In this document: positions 12,400 to 25,269 of the stretch, piece by piece
Position numbering within the stretch: position 1 is the stretch's first letter
Layout of the letters: every line of letters starts with the position of its first letter
Source: Octopus vulgaris
Taxonomy: Eukaryota
Direction of reading: 5' to 3'
Length of the DNA: 64,000 nucleotides
NCBI GenBank assembly: GCA_951406725.2
Contig: OX597827.1
Span: 73,532,001 to 73,596,000 of the forward strand
Position numbers and translations under genes: made by a program
The notes under the pieces: generated by a model
The model's database searches: none
The model's input: only the letters and a program-made list of their open reading frames with translations
Told to the model about the DNA's origin: nothing

Positions 12400-13770
12400 A
12401 TTGTAGTTTTGTTTGTCTTTTAAAATGGATTTCGTGTATGGTGCACAGTCTTGGGGTAGTTTTACTCTAATGGTGTTTTTAAAATTTTATTACACTTTTT
12501 CAATTGATATATTATTCTGTATGTCATTATGCATGCTGCGTTTTTTTCTCGTGGTTTGTCTGTGTTGTGTATCTGCGTGTGAGATTTCGGGAGTTCTTTT
12601 GCGGCGGGGATGGTAGCAGTGGTGTATACTGTGTGAGTGCGTTGTTCTGTGTCTTGTTTGTCTGGTGTGTGTCTTGTTTCTATGTACAACCCTTCTTTTT
12701 TACATTGATGTGTGCTTTTCAGTGTTGTGTTGACTCTTTCTCTCTTTTCCCTTCACTGTACTTCTCCTCAGAATCCTCACTTATGTCCTGGTATATCTGA
12801 CTCCGCTGCTTCTTGTGTATGTTCCACCATCTTCGCGGCACTCTCAGGCTCGCTCCGGCTCTCGGCTGCATCTCTCTCTCCTTATACATTTTTGGGGCAG
12901 TTCTTTTTGATGTGCCCCTTCTGCCACAACAATAACAGGTGGGAGGTCTCCCTTCCACTGTTACCGTCAGTTTTCATCTCATCTGGTAATTTTATATCAA
13001 GGACCTCATTTGGATAATTAATTCCAAACCCTAACCCCGTCAATTCAACTGTTGTGTTCTGGTTGCTTGGACAACTTTCGCCTCTTCCTTCGAGTTAGTA
13101 AGTATGGCTGTCGCTATCCATATTTCCGTTATCACTGGTGGAATCCTGCCAATCCTCACTCTAGAGATACATTTCCCTAGGTACGTTGGCTGGAGTACAA
13201 TTCTTCCGTTCGTATTAGTACAGTGGAATGTTCGACTGCCACCTCTAGGGAAGCAAATCTTAACTCCAGAGTAATGTATTACCTTCTTCTGGTATAAAAG
13301 GAGATGTCTCCTCTTATTATGTCTAGGCATTTTTCTAAGGCATCTTCCGGTGCCATCTCGATCTTCTTTTCCTGCACATAACCGTACCCTTTCTCACTCT
13401 TTCGGTTCTTTCTCCTGGAAGGGTCAACTTTGCGTTCGACCCCTCCCTTTCTATTAGTTGCATGCAGTCGCACAATGCCTCTCCGTCAATAATAACCTCT
13501 CACTTTTCCAACTGCCTCACTGTGTTTCCTTTTTGTGCCACAGACGCGTAGCTTCCACTTCGCGCTCCCTCGCGCTCGACATCCATTTCAGAGATTTTTT
13601 TCCGCCCCAAATGGGAGGAAAATATTGGAAAGAAAAAAAGCACCAGACTGTTGAATAAGTTATGCGTTTTGAAAACAAACAGTAACACCTGGACAAAATA
13701 TTTTCAAAACTTCAACAATTCTGGGCAAGAAACTTCGAACAAAATCACACTCACTATGTTAAGAGATGAC
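12400..13770 (-). mobile_element. Decayed L1/Tx1-like ORF1 (gag-like, CCHC knuckle) with 5' UTR
   Basis: EDALEKCLDIIRGDISFY...LQPTYLGKCISRVRIGRIPP...VEGRPPTCYCCG..GHIKKNCP, read across frameshifts. Confidence 0.65.
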
Positions 13771-13849
13771 TGTAACAACTTGCGCTAATAATAAAGTGAT
13801 TTTTTATTTCCCACAAAGGGAAAACAAAGAAGGGGACATCACAATCTGA

Positions 13850-14640
13850 TTGGATGTTCAGATGAACGAATGATTGTAACAACAAAATGAATTTTTAAAT
13901 TTACAGAATTATATAAAACGAATGATGGAACAGACCGGAAGACATTACGGATGGAGTGGGGATGCGGGTTCATCTCGAACCTCACAAGCCCCGCCTCGCC
14001 ACGTGCCTGAGACTCGTCCTGTGTCGCATTCAAGAGGTAACGTTCATACGCAACATTCGCGCAATATTCTTCCATCGATTATGAAACATTTTCGTAGACA
14101 GGCATTTTCTCTCTAGCCTTATTTTCTTTTTAAGGTGAAAGGTGAAGTAATTCACCAATTCAGGGCCAGAGATGAAGATACTTGAATTTAAGCCTTTCAA
14201 TCTCGTCTTCCAAATCACCTCTCTCGCAATTGCTACTACAATGAGAAAACAATTCTTACCTTCTTTCGATAGGAAATCAGGCGGGTCAATTGTCACTATA
14301 GACTCAGTCGATAGCTGAACTCTTCCTGCACTTCACAAGAGTTGTTCAGCCTAAACCCACACGTCTGACACCATCGAACACTGAGCAATAGCGTACGGGA
14401 CGGTTTCCCTTTCCCGCTCACATACTGGACAGGTCGATGGACTATGGCCACCATGCCTTGTGAGCTTGTCCGGAACAGGTAAGGCTTCTCGGTGACACTG
14501 CCATGCCTGAGACTTCTGAAAGTTGTCCAGGGTCTTCGGCCCGAATGTACGTTGGAACAGACTGGCCAGCTGATTATCATCGAGGCCTAGGTTTCCCCCT
14601 CAGTGCTCGGAATAAAGCGATTTTTTATTACCCACAAGGG
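13850..14640 (-). mobile_element. 3' end of an L1/Tx1-like ORF2 (zinc-finger and C-terminal region)
   Basis: ETVPYAIAQCSMVSDVW...SIVTIDPPDFLSKEGKNCFLIVVAIAREVIWKTRLKG...KIRLERKCLSTKMFHNRW. Confidence 0.7.
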
Positions 14641-14759
14641 GCTGACATAGAAGGGACAATACAAGGACATGTAGGGACATATAAGAAATTAAAAAAGGAA
14701 CGAAAGTGCATGTTACAATGAATGACAAAATGAAAATGAGAGATGAAATGAAGTATTCA

Positions 14760-16070
14760 CAGCCCCCACCTCTGAGTCACTTCATTTTCACCTTTTTTCA
14801 TTTTCCTTTGTGTACTTGGTGACTTGTAAGATATCGAAAGCGTACTCCTTTAGTATTTGCGTGTAATCTATGTTCCATGGTAATCTTTGAAATGTCTAGT
14901 TCGACTTCCCGCATTTTATATCCTCCTTTGAATTTTATAACCTTTACCCTCTGCTCCTCGTCCAACAACAGGCATCCTTGTTCATTGTCGAACTTGCAAG
15001 TGTCCACCACTCTCATATTTTTCCACTTTTATTATTTCTTCACGCAGGTCCTTATTAGTATTATCATATATAATAGCAAAGTTACTTCTTTTCTTTTTTC
15101 GGAAGGTGGGGAGGATGAACGGCTTGTGTCTGACTGCATTTTTTGTGGTGGGTAAGTTCAGTGTCTGTAGGGAGCGGGTGGGAGGAAAAGGTTGTGGGAG
15201 GGTGTTGGGTGGGGATGAGGTTCTATATTTATTTTACTTGGTTTCTTCCTTTTTCTTTTCCTTTCCTTGCCTCGTGTTACCCACTCGCCTTCCGCCTCCG
15301 CTGGTGGCGGCGGCGCTACTCCTTCTCCTGCCGGTTCCTCCTCTCTCCCGCTGTCTTGTAGAGGGCAGTCTGCTCTAATGTGGCCTTTCTGGCCACATTT
15401 GCAGCGTCTGGGAATTCTAGCCACCGTCAAATACCACTGCTTCCGGCAACTCTTCTACTACTCCCCGATACCCGCATCACCATGTTTAGGGACTGCCCCT
15501 CCAGCCTCATGCTTCCGTCCCAGTGGCCTGGGGAACCGCCATCTCCTCGTCGCTGCCGAACAAGACAGCGGTCGCCATCCAGGCCACGTCGATGTCTGGG
15601 GAGACTCACTCCACGCTGACCCCCACGGAACGCCTTCCATGACACATCGGCAACATCACCTCTTCATCAGCCCTTAAGACTGTTGCCGCACTCAAACCTA
15701 CCATGATTACATAATTTGACTTCCTTCAAGACCGCCCCAAGTGCCTTCTCTACCCAATTCTTCTTCACCTCGTTGATCCCTTCTGCATCCACCGAGTCCG
15801 CCTTGTACGCCACCGCATATTCCATCCCATCAACGATAGTACCCATTGGGGTCGCCGCCCCCACATTAGCTCCCTCCCCCTTATCACCCCTGAACAGTCC
15901 CTCCACTGGTTTCCTTCCACATTGCACCCCGACACCCTTGCCACCTCCACCACAAAGCAGCAAAAACCAAAGTGTTCAGCGAACAGAACAACAATATTTA
16001 AACCACAATACAACTGCAATGCAAACCAAATTCCTCAAAACTGAGAATAATGACAACGTGAAAGTACTAC
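14760..16070 (-). mobile_element. Decayed L1/Tx1-like ORF1 (CCHC knuckle)
   Basis: VKKNWVEKALGAVLKEVKLCNHG... and ARIPRRCKCGQKGHIRADCP, followed by a basic KRKRKK stretch. Confidence 0.6.
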
Positions 16071-16366
16071 CTGCTTTTATATCAAGTTGATACAATCAGT
16101 TTATCCCATCCCCCTCCGACTGATTTTTTATGAAAATTTTGTTTATAAATGTCAAGTTTTTGTCTTATAACTGCTATCTTACATCTGGTAACTTGGGATG
16201 ATACAAACTTGGTATATTTTATGTATATACTACATTTTTATTACTGTTATGTACAGAAAAGTGGAGCTATAGAAATATGTCACTTATTCAGAAAATACGC
16301 TCTCAAAATATATTGAAAAAAAACAACTTTGTACTAATTACTAATTCAGGCTTCTATATTTTTCAG

Positions 16367-16624
16367 TTAATATTGCTGAAGGTAAACAAACAAATCAATC
16401 AAGTACTTATGGAGAGAAAGGAACACTAGTTTTCTTTAATGGAACATGTATGGAGAGGAATGTAGGCATGACATCCGACAAGGCGGTTGACGGCAATTTT
16501 GATCCTGGAGTCATACATAAATCATGTACACATACTGAGAAGGAAAGAAACCCATTTTGGCAAGTGACGTTTGATAAGCCATACAAGATATCTCAACTGA
16601 GAATATACAATCGAATGAAAAGCC
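16367..16624 (+). CDS. Host gene exon: F-type (fucolectin/FTP) lectin domain, N-terminal half
   Basis: Acceptor ttttcag| and donor |gtaagt, phase 1-1. Translates NIAEGKQTNQSSTY...SDKAVDGNFDPGVIHKSCTHTEKERNPFWQVTFDKPYKISQLRIYNRMKS. Confidence 0.9.
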
Positions 16625-17099
16625 GTAAGTATTGTTTAAAATGCTATTCCCGTTACTGTTGTTACTTAGTCTCATTTAGACCTGATTAAGCAGGACGATG
16701 ACCAAGGGGGTTCCAACTGTGACCATCCTATCTTTTTTAAGACAGTGATGTATGGTTTGACGGGAAGGTCAGTGTTGCTATTTTTAACAGTTCCAGCGGC
16801 ACGTTACAAGCCCTGTCGGTTCAAATTACATTTGTTCATTTGCGTTCAAATAGTGTATATAATTATTATACAGTTAATTGAAAGAACATTATAATAGTTG
16901 GTGAAATTTGAACTGTTTTCTCTCCACTACTGATTCTTTGAGAATGGAAATAATTTTTTGTTTACATTTTACTTTGAACTTCAGAAGAGACAAACCCTAT
17001 GATTGGTAGAAACTTGTATTGATTTAATAATATTGTGGCTATGAACTCAGGAGATAAAATCCATCCAACAAAAATTCTTTTCTGATCTATATTTGAGAG

Positions 17100-17244
17100 A
17101 TGTGAAATTATGTACATTATTTACATTATTTACATTTCACGGATATTTGTACGCATCTTGTTTGTTGTTAACACAACGTTTCGGGGTTCTCATTCCTCAG
17201 GTATTTTACCGATGTTGTTGTTGTTGTTGTTATTATCATCATCA

Positions 17245-17321
<77 letters not shown>

Positions 17322-17331
17322 GTTGTTGTTG

Positions 17332-17378
<47 letters not shown>

Positions 17379-17930
17379 CGGGTCACTGCCTGGGATAGTA
17401 GCCCGCGCTCTTAACCTAAAGGAACATCGCAAAGCTGTGACACGAGGAGATATTGACAAATCGGGTATAGCTGATCATGTATAGAAAAATACGGAGACCA
17501 CCTCCGCTTGTGGGACGAAGTTAACATAATAGGCATAAAACAGCACTGGAAAATACGAAAACTAAAAGAAGCAGCACATATGCTAAGACATAATAACTTC
17601 TTATGCAGACTGAGTGCAGATATGACCAGCATATGGGAACCGGTATTAAGGAAGGATAGGAAAATATTAGATTTATAAGCCCTAATATTCAGTCCATAAT
17701 TGTCCACGGTCATATGGCGTTGTGGTAAAGGGCGCAGGTTACTAACCCCAAGATTCCGAGCTCGATTATAATAATAAAATAACCTCAGGAAAATACCTTA
17801 GCAATGAGAACTCAGGTTCGAAATTTCCCCAGGACACCTGATGAAGGCTGGAGAATATATCAGCCGAAATGTTGCGTTAACAACAAACAAGACGAGGTCA
17901 AATATCCGTCAAATGTTAATAATATTAAAA
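17100..17930 (+). mobile_element. Penelope-like element 3' end (GIY-YIG C-terminus and pLTR) with an inverted partial pLTR upstream, in (TTA)n
   Basis: LKEHRKAVTRGDIDKSGIADHV...WDEVNIIG..QHWKIRKLKEAAHML. Positions 17110-17210 are the reverse complement of parts of 17790-17925. Confidence 0.75.
17833..17878 (+). ncRNA. Hammerhead ribozyme-like motif (slightly mutated)
   Basis: GACAC-CTGATGA-A-GGCTG(gagaatatat)CAGCC-GAAA-TGT-T-GCGTT. The inverted partner near 17170 preserves GAAACGTTGTGTT. Confidence 0.6.
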
Positions 17931-18149
17931 TTCCTTTCCATCTATAGCACTTTTAATTGCCAGTGCATTGCGTGAATTTAGATCATAGTGGATTTTAATG
18001 AATGGCGTTTGTGTTTTTATGACTGAATCGTTATTTAATGATGGATTGTTTTCTTTCTATTAAAATTACTTTGTTTTTAATACAGTGTTATAGCAGAAAC
18101 GGTTGAATCTAATGCATTGATTTATAAAAGCATACATCAACACGCGTAT

Positions 18150-19120
18150 CACATCTTCCCTAAATGACCCCTCCTCCTCCTTCAAACGCGCCCACAACCT
18201 ACGTGACCTCTTGGTCCACAGCTTCTTCCCTAACGCAGCCTCCCAACCCGGCTCATTCCCCAGCTCCCGCCAACGCTGCCATACTTGCCCTCACCTCTCC
18301 AACACCACCCTCCTCACAGGCACCCATCACCGACCCTATCTTTTCACTGACTCCTTCACGTGCACTTCTAGCAATGTCATCTACTGCATCTCCTGCTCTT
18401 TCTGTAATCTATATATCGGTCAAACGGGACGCCACTTGGCTGACTGGTTCGCGGAACAACTCCGAGAAATCCGACTCGGAAATGACAACGCGGTCTCGTG
18501 CTATTTCCGTTCTACCAGTCATTCTTTGCAACACCACTTTGTGTTCGGATTGTCCTTGCACAGGGCCATCCGGAATCCCGTCTTCGACGTGAACAGCAAT
18601 TAATCTTTTCTCTTTGCTCATTGCGCCTCATGGACTCAACTCTCCTCCCCTCTTCATTTAACCCTCCTCCCCTCTCCTCTCTTCCTCTCACTTCCCAACC
18701 ACCTCTTCTTTCTTGCTCTAACACCTACTTCTCTTCACTCCTACCTCCCTCTCCCTTCCCCCTCTCCCTTCATCGGCACCCCTCCTTCGTAACCCCACCC
18801 CTACACAATCAAACTTCATCTTCCCTATACAACCCATTCCACTACCACTCCATCCTTTTCACCTCACTCCCACATACCCCACCCCTATCCCCACACTCAG
18901 TCTAACCCACACCCCACTCTTGTCCCCCTCTGTCCGGAATTCGCCGTGATAGATTGCTTGCCACCAAACATTCTTTATTTTCTCTCCCTGTTTATTTCTG
19001 TGTTCCTTTCTGCCGAAGAGCGTAGGCTCGAAACGTTTAAGATATTCTCACTTCCCGAGCGTTAAACTAATACATCTGTTTGTTTTTTACACAACTGTCT
19101 TCGTCTTGTTTTTTTTTGTA
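18150..19120 (+). mobile_element. Penelope-like element GIY-YIG endonuclease fragment and 3' end
   Basis: RCHTCPHL...FTCTSSNVIYCISCSFCNLYIGQTGRHLADWFAEQ. A hammerhead-like gagcgtaggctcgaaacgt lies at ~19018-19036, and the end is repeated in degenerate form at ~19280-19385. Confidence 0.8.
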
Positions 19121-19177
19121 AATTATTACTATATATATACATACATACATATATATACATATCGCTATATATGTATT

Positions 19178-19261
<84 letters not shown>

Positions 19262-20077
19262 TTCACCCTGATTGATCGCTAGCCACTAAATCTTTATGAT
19301 TTAATTTTCTCTCTCTGCTTATTTCTGTGTTCCTTTCTGTTGTGCAGCGTAGGCTCGAAACGTAAAAGACTTTCTCACCTCCCGTGTGCATATCTTTTGC
19401 TTAAAAACACATTTGCTTTCGGATAGCATCAGGTAAAACACCCTACATGACATCGTGCTGAGAGTTTTCCACGGACGCTACCCTGCTGCGAATGAGGGTT
19501 TCTAAATATGCAGCCGTGGATTCTGTGTTGCCCATTCGAATGGTTTTTGTGGTGTGAAGGAAAATTTGGGAATGTAGTGGTAGTATTTGCGGATAGATGG
19601 AGGTGGAAGAGATGTGTGTAATAAGAATGAGGAGATAGGACAAAATGAAGACAGGAAGAGAAAATAAGAGGAAGCGAGAAAAAGAAAAAGGATAAAAATT
19701 TATAATAAAAGAGACAAGAATAAAGTGAAAAGAGTGAAACAAGAAAAGAAAATAAAGAGAAGAAAGGGTGAAAGAAGGGAGAAAATGAGTATCAGTTGGT
19801 GGTCAAGATAATGTGAGGGGGTGGGAGAGGAGAAGGAAGGGGTGGATAGGAAGAGATGAGAAAGTAAGGAGTGAATAAATGTGAAATATGTGCGTAGGGG
19901 TGATATCATAGGGCTTTATTTAGGTATGGGTAGAGAAAAGGTATAGGTAGGGGTGATACCAAAGTAATTGGTAGTTTTAGCAGTAAAATTTAAAATAGAG
20001 GGAAGAATACAAAGATACACGTACGCGCGTACATAGGTATATATACATGTGCGCATATGCATAAATACACACACACT

Positions 20078-20131
<54 letters not shown>

Positions 20132-20374
20132 CATGCATACGCATATTCATACATATGTACATACACGTGCATGATATCGCGCATCCATAAAATTATTCAT
20201 ACACGCATATGCGTGCGCATTCATATACATATACATGCATACGCACATGCATATGCGCAGGGACAGACTTAGTATATTACTCGACGATCTCCAGAAGAAG
20301 ATACCATTAATATACAAGCGAAAAATATACGCACTCACAGGTAAGTTCACCTGCAGATAGCAATGCACACTGTT

Positions 20375-20610
20375 AAGGCGGCGAGCTGGCAGAAACGTTA
20401 GCACGCCGGGCGAAATGCGTAGGCGTATTTCGTCTGTCGCTACGTTCCGAGATCAAATTTCGCCGATGTCGACTTTGCCTTTCATCCTTTCAGGGTCGAT
20501 AAATTAAGTACCAGTTACGCACTGGGGTCGATATAATCGACTTAATCCGTTTGTCTGTCCTTGTTTGTCCTCTCTCTGTTTAGTCCCTTGTGGGTAGTAA
20601 ATAAATAGAT
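20375..20610 (+). mobile_element. SINE (octopus-type)
   Basis: aaggcggcgagctggcagaaacgttagcacgccgggcgaaatg...gtcgactttgcctttcatcctttc..ggtcgataaattaagtaccag. Degenerate copies lie at ~30330-30470 (-) and ~40385-40630. Confidence 0.7.
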
Positions 20611-20877
20611 ACCAATGCACACACTATTTGCCGCGTATACTTTTCATCCTCCAGCCTATCTCGATAAAGAAATAATCGTACCTGTGACTGAATATAGAGA
20701 ACACGTTTTACAATGGAGTGTAGGTATTTGACATCTACTTCTAGCATAGGCGCTGGTCATGTCCAGCAGCCCTTATTTATAACTATATCTTTATAATTAT
20801 ATACGTAAATAAGTAATGTTACCTGTACGGTCACTTTTATGTGTTAGGACACTGATGTAATAATATATATATATATA

Positions 20878-21177
20878 ACAATGATAAATCTGAGAGCGAG
20901 TTATAAACAGTAGCGGTAACACATCGTGACGCATATTTGCCATTTGAATATGACTAACACCTAAGGGTGGATGCTACTGTAGTTTGTAGCCCCAGGAAGA
21001 TATCTCCTCCAGCTGGCTATAGACACACTATCTGTGTCCTCTCAGTATTTGTGAAGGGAGTCATCCTCCCCGTCTTCAACTCATGATACACACGGACCCG
21101 AGTTTCAAGGTGTTTACCTTTCATCAGCGTGTGACAATCATGGTTGTCGACGAGAAGTCAGCTCCCTTCACAAATAC
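20878..21177 (-). mobile_element. Hammerhead-bearing repeat (Penelope pLTR / retrozyme-like)
   Basis: Positions 20878-21027 are near-identical (inverted) to 63713-63864. It contains a canonical hammerhead and a short internal inverted repeat (gtatttgtgaagggag / ctcccttcacaaatac). Confidence 0.7.
21089..21133 (-). ncRNA. Canonical minimal type I hammerhead ribozyme
   Basis: - strand reads CACACG-CTGATGA-AAGGT(aaac)ACCTT-GAAAC-TCGG-GT-C-CGTGTG: 6 bp stem I, intact core, 5 bp stem II and a GUC cleavage triplet. Confidence 0.85.
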
Positions 21178-21587
21178 ATATACTTTTTAGATATATATAT
21201 ATATATATATATTCTGTTATATCTGGGAAGAATCATTCTCTTTTAGTGCCTTATAATTTATCACCGGTAAAATTTCCACCCATTTACTTATTAATTTTTC
21301 TAGCATTTTCGTTGCGTCTTGCAACACTTCCGATAGTTGTTGACTCTGTCCGTTATCCAAGTTGCGTTGCTGAAGGCAGACACAACAGAATATGCTTCAA
21401 CACACGATAGAATGAATTTATGTACGAACCATAAAAATCACAACTTAGTTTCTTCCTCTTATTTTGGCATTTATCCTATTTTATGTCTCATCTCAATCAA
21501 CATTCGCTAGAAAAGTGTTCAATATTTATAAGTTGAAATTATTATTCGAGTCAGAAGAAACAGTTAATACTCGTCACATATATTTCA

Positions 21588-23290
21588 TACTAACCTGGCG
21601 TTGTCTGGGTTAAAGAAAATAATGAAATTTTAGTATGACTTTTAAATCTCATAGTAAAATGAAACATGGATTATGCAGTTCTCAACAGTTATTAGCTGAG
21701 CTACCAACTGTATATCTAAATAGCATGTTTCGTCCGATGTTCTCACTTTTAAAATTCTTTAAAACCAGGTAGTTCTTTGTCTTTGCAATCACCTTCAATT
21801 GTCAGTACATATTTGAACACGTTAGACCTGAAAATGCATAAATTTGAGAAGAACCGGCTGTGGGCGCTCCTATCCTGTTAATAAGTACATTTAGCCAGAA
21901 TTCTATCAGATGATTTGAGTATAAACAAATGTATTGAAAAAATTTAGAAATCGATCACAGTTTAATTATCTAGAGCGTCTAATATACGATATTTGAGTGT
22001 GTCCTTTAATTGGAGTATAAATGGAAAGATTTTGGGTACTTCCAACTCGCGAATATCCTACATATAATTCCCCATTAGAGAAGCAAGGAGAAGCAAGATA
22101 AAATGCAACAACCTTGAGAGATTGTCCTCAAGACTTGTTTATTGACATAGCGAAACTTAGTTTCATTGGGAACTGGAACCGTTTAAATTCAAAGGGGAGG
22201 TCATATGAGATTAACAGGATCCGTGGAGTGAAGACATTCTCACCCTTATACTTCTCTGTCATAATTGGTAACTCTAGGACATGGGGTCGCATCGCTTTCC
22301 CTACTAGTGTGGTGCCATTGCAAAGACTAAGTAGCTCCATATTCCTGAGAAACATGATTGGGGCCCCCTTTTTAAGTGTTAAGTGGTAAAGTGGCATTCC
22401 AGATGGCTGTAGAGAGTTCAAGAACTCAGTTGGATAAACTACAGCCTGTTCTTGATCAATGCAGTGTCGAGGGATTTGAAAGATTGCTCTTGTCTTAACG
22501 ACAGCCGGAAGACATCCCAGTTGATTTTGTCGACATCATTACCTGGATGGTTCGCTCACAGATCCATTGACTGTTGCTAAAATGTTTGCAATGCTTGGGA
22601 GCACATGCATTATGGGATCATTGATAGTTGGTACCATCTCACCACTGGGTAGCCGGTGTTGTTGCATTTGGCTGGCATATGGTAGTTGCCCATTCCCTGT
22701 CTTCAGAAGCTGGTGTGAAAACAACCCGGCAGTTTGATTACCAAATAATTGGGCCCTCATCTGAACTGCCAGGTGCAGTTTAGTCATCTGGCTCCACAGT
22801 TAAAAGTCAGGCCTGTAGTTCATCTGCTTTTGTACCTTTTGGGATCACAGAGAGGGTTTGTCTGAAATCTCCAACCAAAACTACAGTGACTCCACCTATG
22901 ACAATGTCATTTCTTCTCAAATCTCTTAGGCTCCGTTCAACAGCCTCAAGCGCCCCACGGTGAGATATGGTGCATTCATCCCAGACAATCAAGCACGTCT
23001 TGTGCAAGACCTTGGCCTTTGCGGATGTCTTAGAAATGTTGCAAATTGGAGTCTCTATCCTAACTAAATTTAAGGGCACCTTGAAAGTAGAATGAGCTGT
23101 TCGTCTCTCCGATAAGAGAGTAGCTGCTATTCCTGAATATGCTACCGCCAATGTAATGCACCCATCTAGACGGACTTTTCCTAGGTTTAAACCTCTTGCC
23201 AGTAACCTCCGGAGCATCCAAAAAGAACAGGCTACCGTTTTCCTCCCTGAGGAATGATGCAATTGTAAGCTGTTCATTGTTCAGTCAAAA
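21588..23290 (-). mobile_element. Helitron fragment (PIF1-like helicase, decayed)
   Basis: AVAYSGIAATLL..RTAHSTFKVP, LIVWDEC, VVLVGDFRQTLSVIP, LKKGAPIMFLRN, FKRFQFPMKLSFAMSINKS. A 3' hairpin-like cctggcgttgtctggg lies at ~21595. Confidence 0.88.
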
Positions 23291-23557
23291 GCTTTAACTC
23301 ATACTCTGTTACATACTGAGTGTAATGTTGAGGGACTTCTTGGTACAAAAGAGTCGAAACAAATACTCAAAGAAAGCACAAAGAAAGACAGTCAATGTAG
23401 TTGGAACTGGAGCTCCGTGAAATATCAATAAGGCAATTTGTTTCAAAAATATCCAAAATATGTATTGCAAAATCAATGTACAATATAGAGCACCACAAAT
23501 TTTGAAACCATTATTATTATCATCACCGTAACTATAACTATTATTATTATTATTATA

Positions 23558-23643
<86 letters not shown>

Positions 23644-24037
23644 CATTATTATTATTATTATTATTCTCCATTTAAATCGGGTTTGGATTCGTCAATAAAA
23701 TTCTTTCCTCCGCCTGTTCTCTCGACTTCGCTTGAGTTGTGTAGTTTGTAGAATGGGAATGCTATAAATATTTTCTGACCACATGCATCCAGATGGTCGC
23801 TTAAAGGGTCTGGCGGATATCAGCGTCCCTTATCTGTTGTCGTTGCACACGTGAACGTTCCGATAATGCATTCCCAGTCTGACCGACGTTTATCTGTTCC
23901 CAATTCGGGCATTTGATGCAGTATACTAGCAAACTTGCACAAAGGAACGAATTAAAGGATATAATCACGGATCTATTTCGTTTTGGGATTTGGTTTGCAA
24001 GATTCTTTATATGAGTTCGTGTGTTGAAGCATATTTA

Positions 24038-24228
24038 GTTGTGTCTGAGGAGAGTCTTTTTTTTTGTGCTTTATAATGTAACACACTCACCGGTAAAATT
24101 TCCAATTATTTCTTATTTTTATTTTCCTAAAATTTAAGAAAATAAAAATAAGAAATAAGTGGAAATTTTACCGGTGCGTGTGTTACATTATAAGGCACAA
24201 AAAGAAAATGACTCTCCCCAGACACAAC
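24038..24228. repeat. Near-perfect ~190 bp foldback of a repeat end
   Basis: gttgtgtctg.ggagagtc...ttataatgtaacacactcaccggtaaaatttcca.ttatttcttatttttattttcct is followed directly by its reverse complement. The same family occurs at ~21220-21400. Confidence 0.85.
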
Positions 24229-25090
24229 ATAATCACAGACCTAACTTTGATTCTAAATAAAAGACAGGCGAAAACTTGACACTTGTTAACAAAGGCAAAG
24301 TTTGAGCTCAACAACAATGATGATTCATTCGTTGTATCCAAATGCAACGGTAATCAAAGAATATTTGCCAATGCAAATAGGAACTGCAGAAAGTGTGTAT
24401 AATGTGTATAATTCTACAAACTACCCGACTCAAGTGATGTCAAGAGTAAATAATTTTATTGATAAATTCAAATCCGTTTTAAATGGACAATAGATGGTAA
24501 TGGTGTTGGTAGTGTTACGCATATTAACATTGATTTGATTGAAATCTAAAATTTCTGGAAAATTGTAGGAATAGTAGCAATGGAATTCAATGAAAAGAGG
24601 AAGGTTATTGACAACATTCTTCAATATAGCCACACAATTATTTCTTTAGTTGCGGTCAAAATAAGGAACCCTTGACGTGCCTACCAAACCAAGGCGACTA
24701 AGGTGCTTACCAATAGCCTAAAATATTTCGATGAATAAAGCGGGATAACTGCTAACCAATTTGGCACATCTACTAACCCATGACATCTAAGCCACATACT
24801 GATTGATCGAAATACAGCTAATACTTAGTTGGCGCACTCACTAAACCATGATATGTTAGCTAGTTACTGATTGGTCAAAACACTGTTCGTAAGATTCAGT
24901 CTGCTGCAGCCAATCGGAAGGTATTTAAAGTCACAACTACTGCATAAACCTGATGATTGCGTAAAAACAAATATATATTCTGTTATTATAATATTGTGAA
25001 ATTCTAAATATTTTATATGGTAAAACATTAAAATCAGACTAGGTTAGAATTTGATTTATATATTCCTCTTTACACAATCATACAAACCCG

Positions 25091-25217
<127 letters not shown>

Positions 25218-25269
25218 CGAATAAGTGGACAGAGAAATAAAAGGCATTCAACCAATTTACTGGGAGTTA

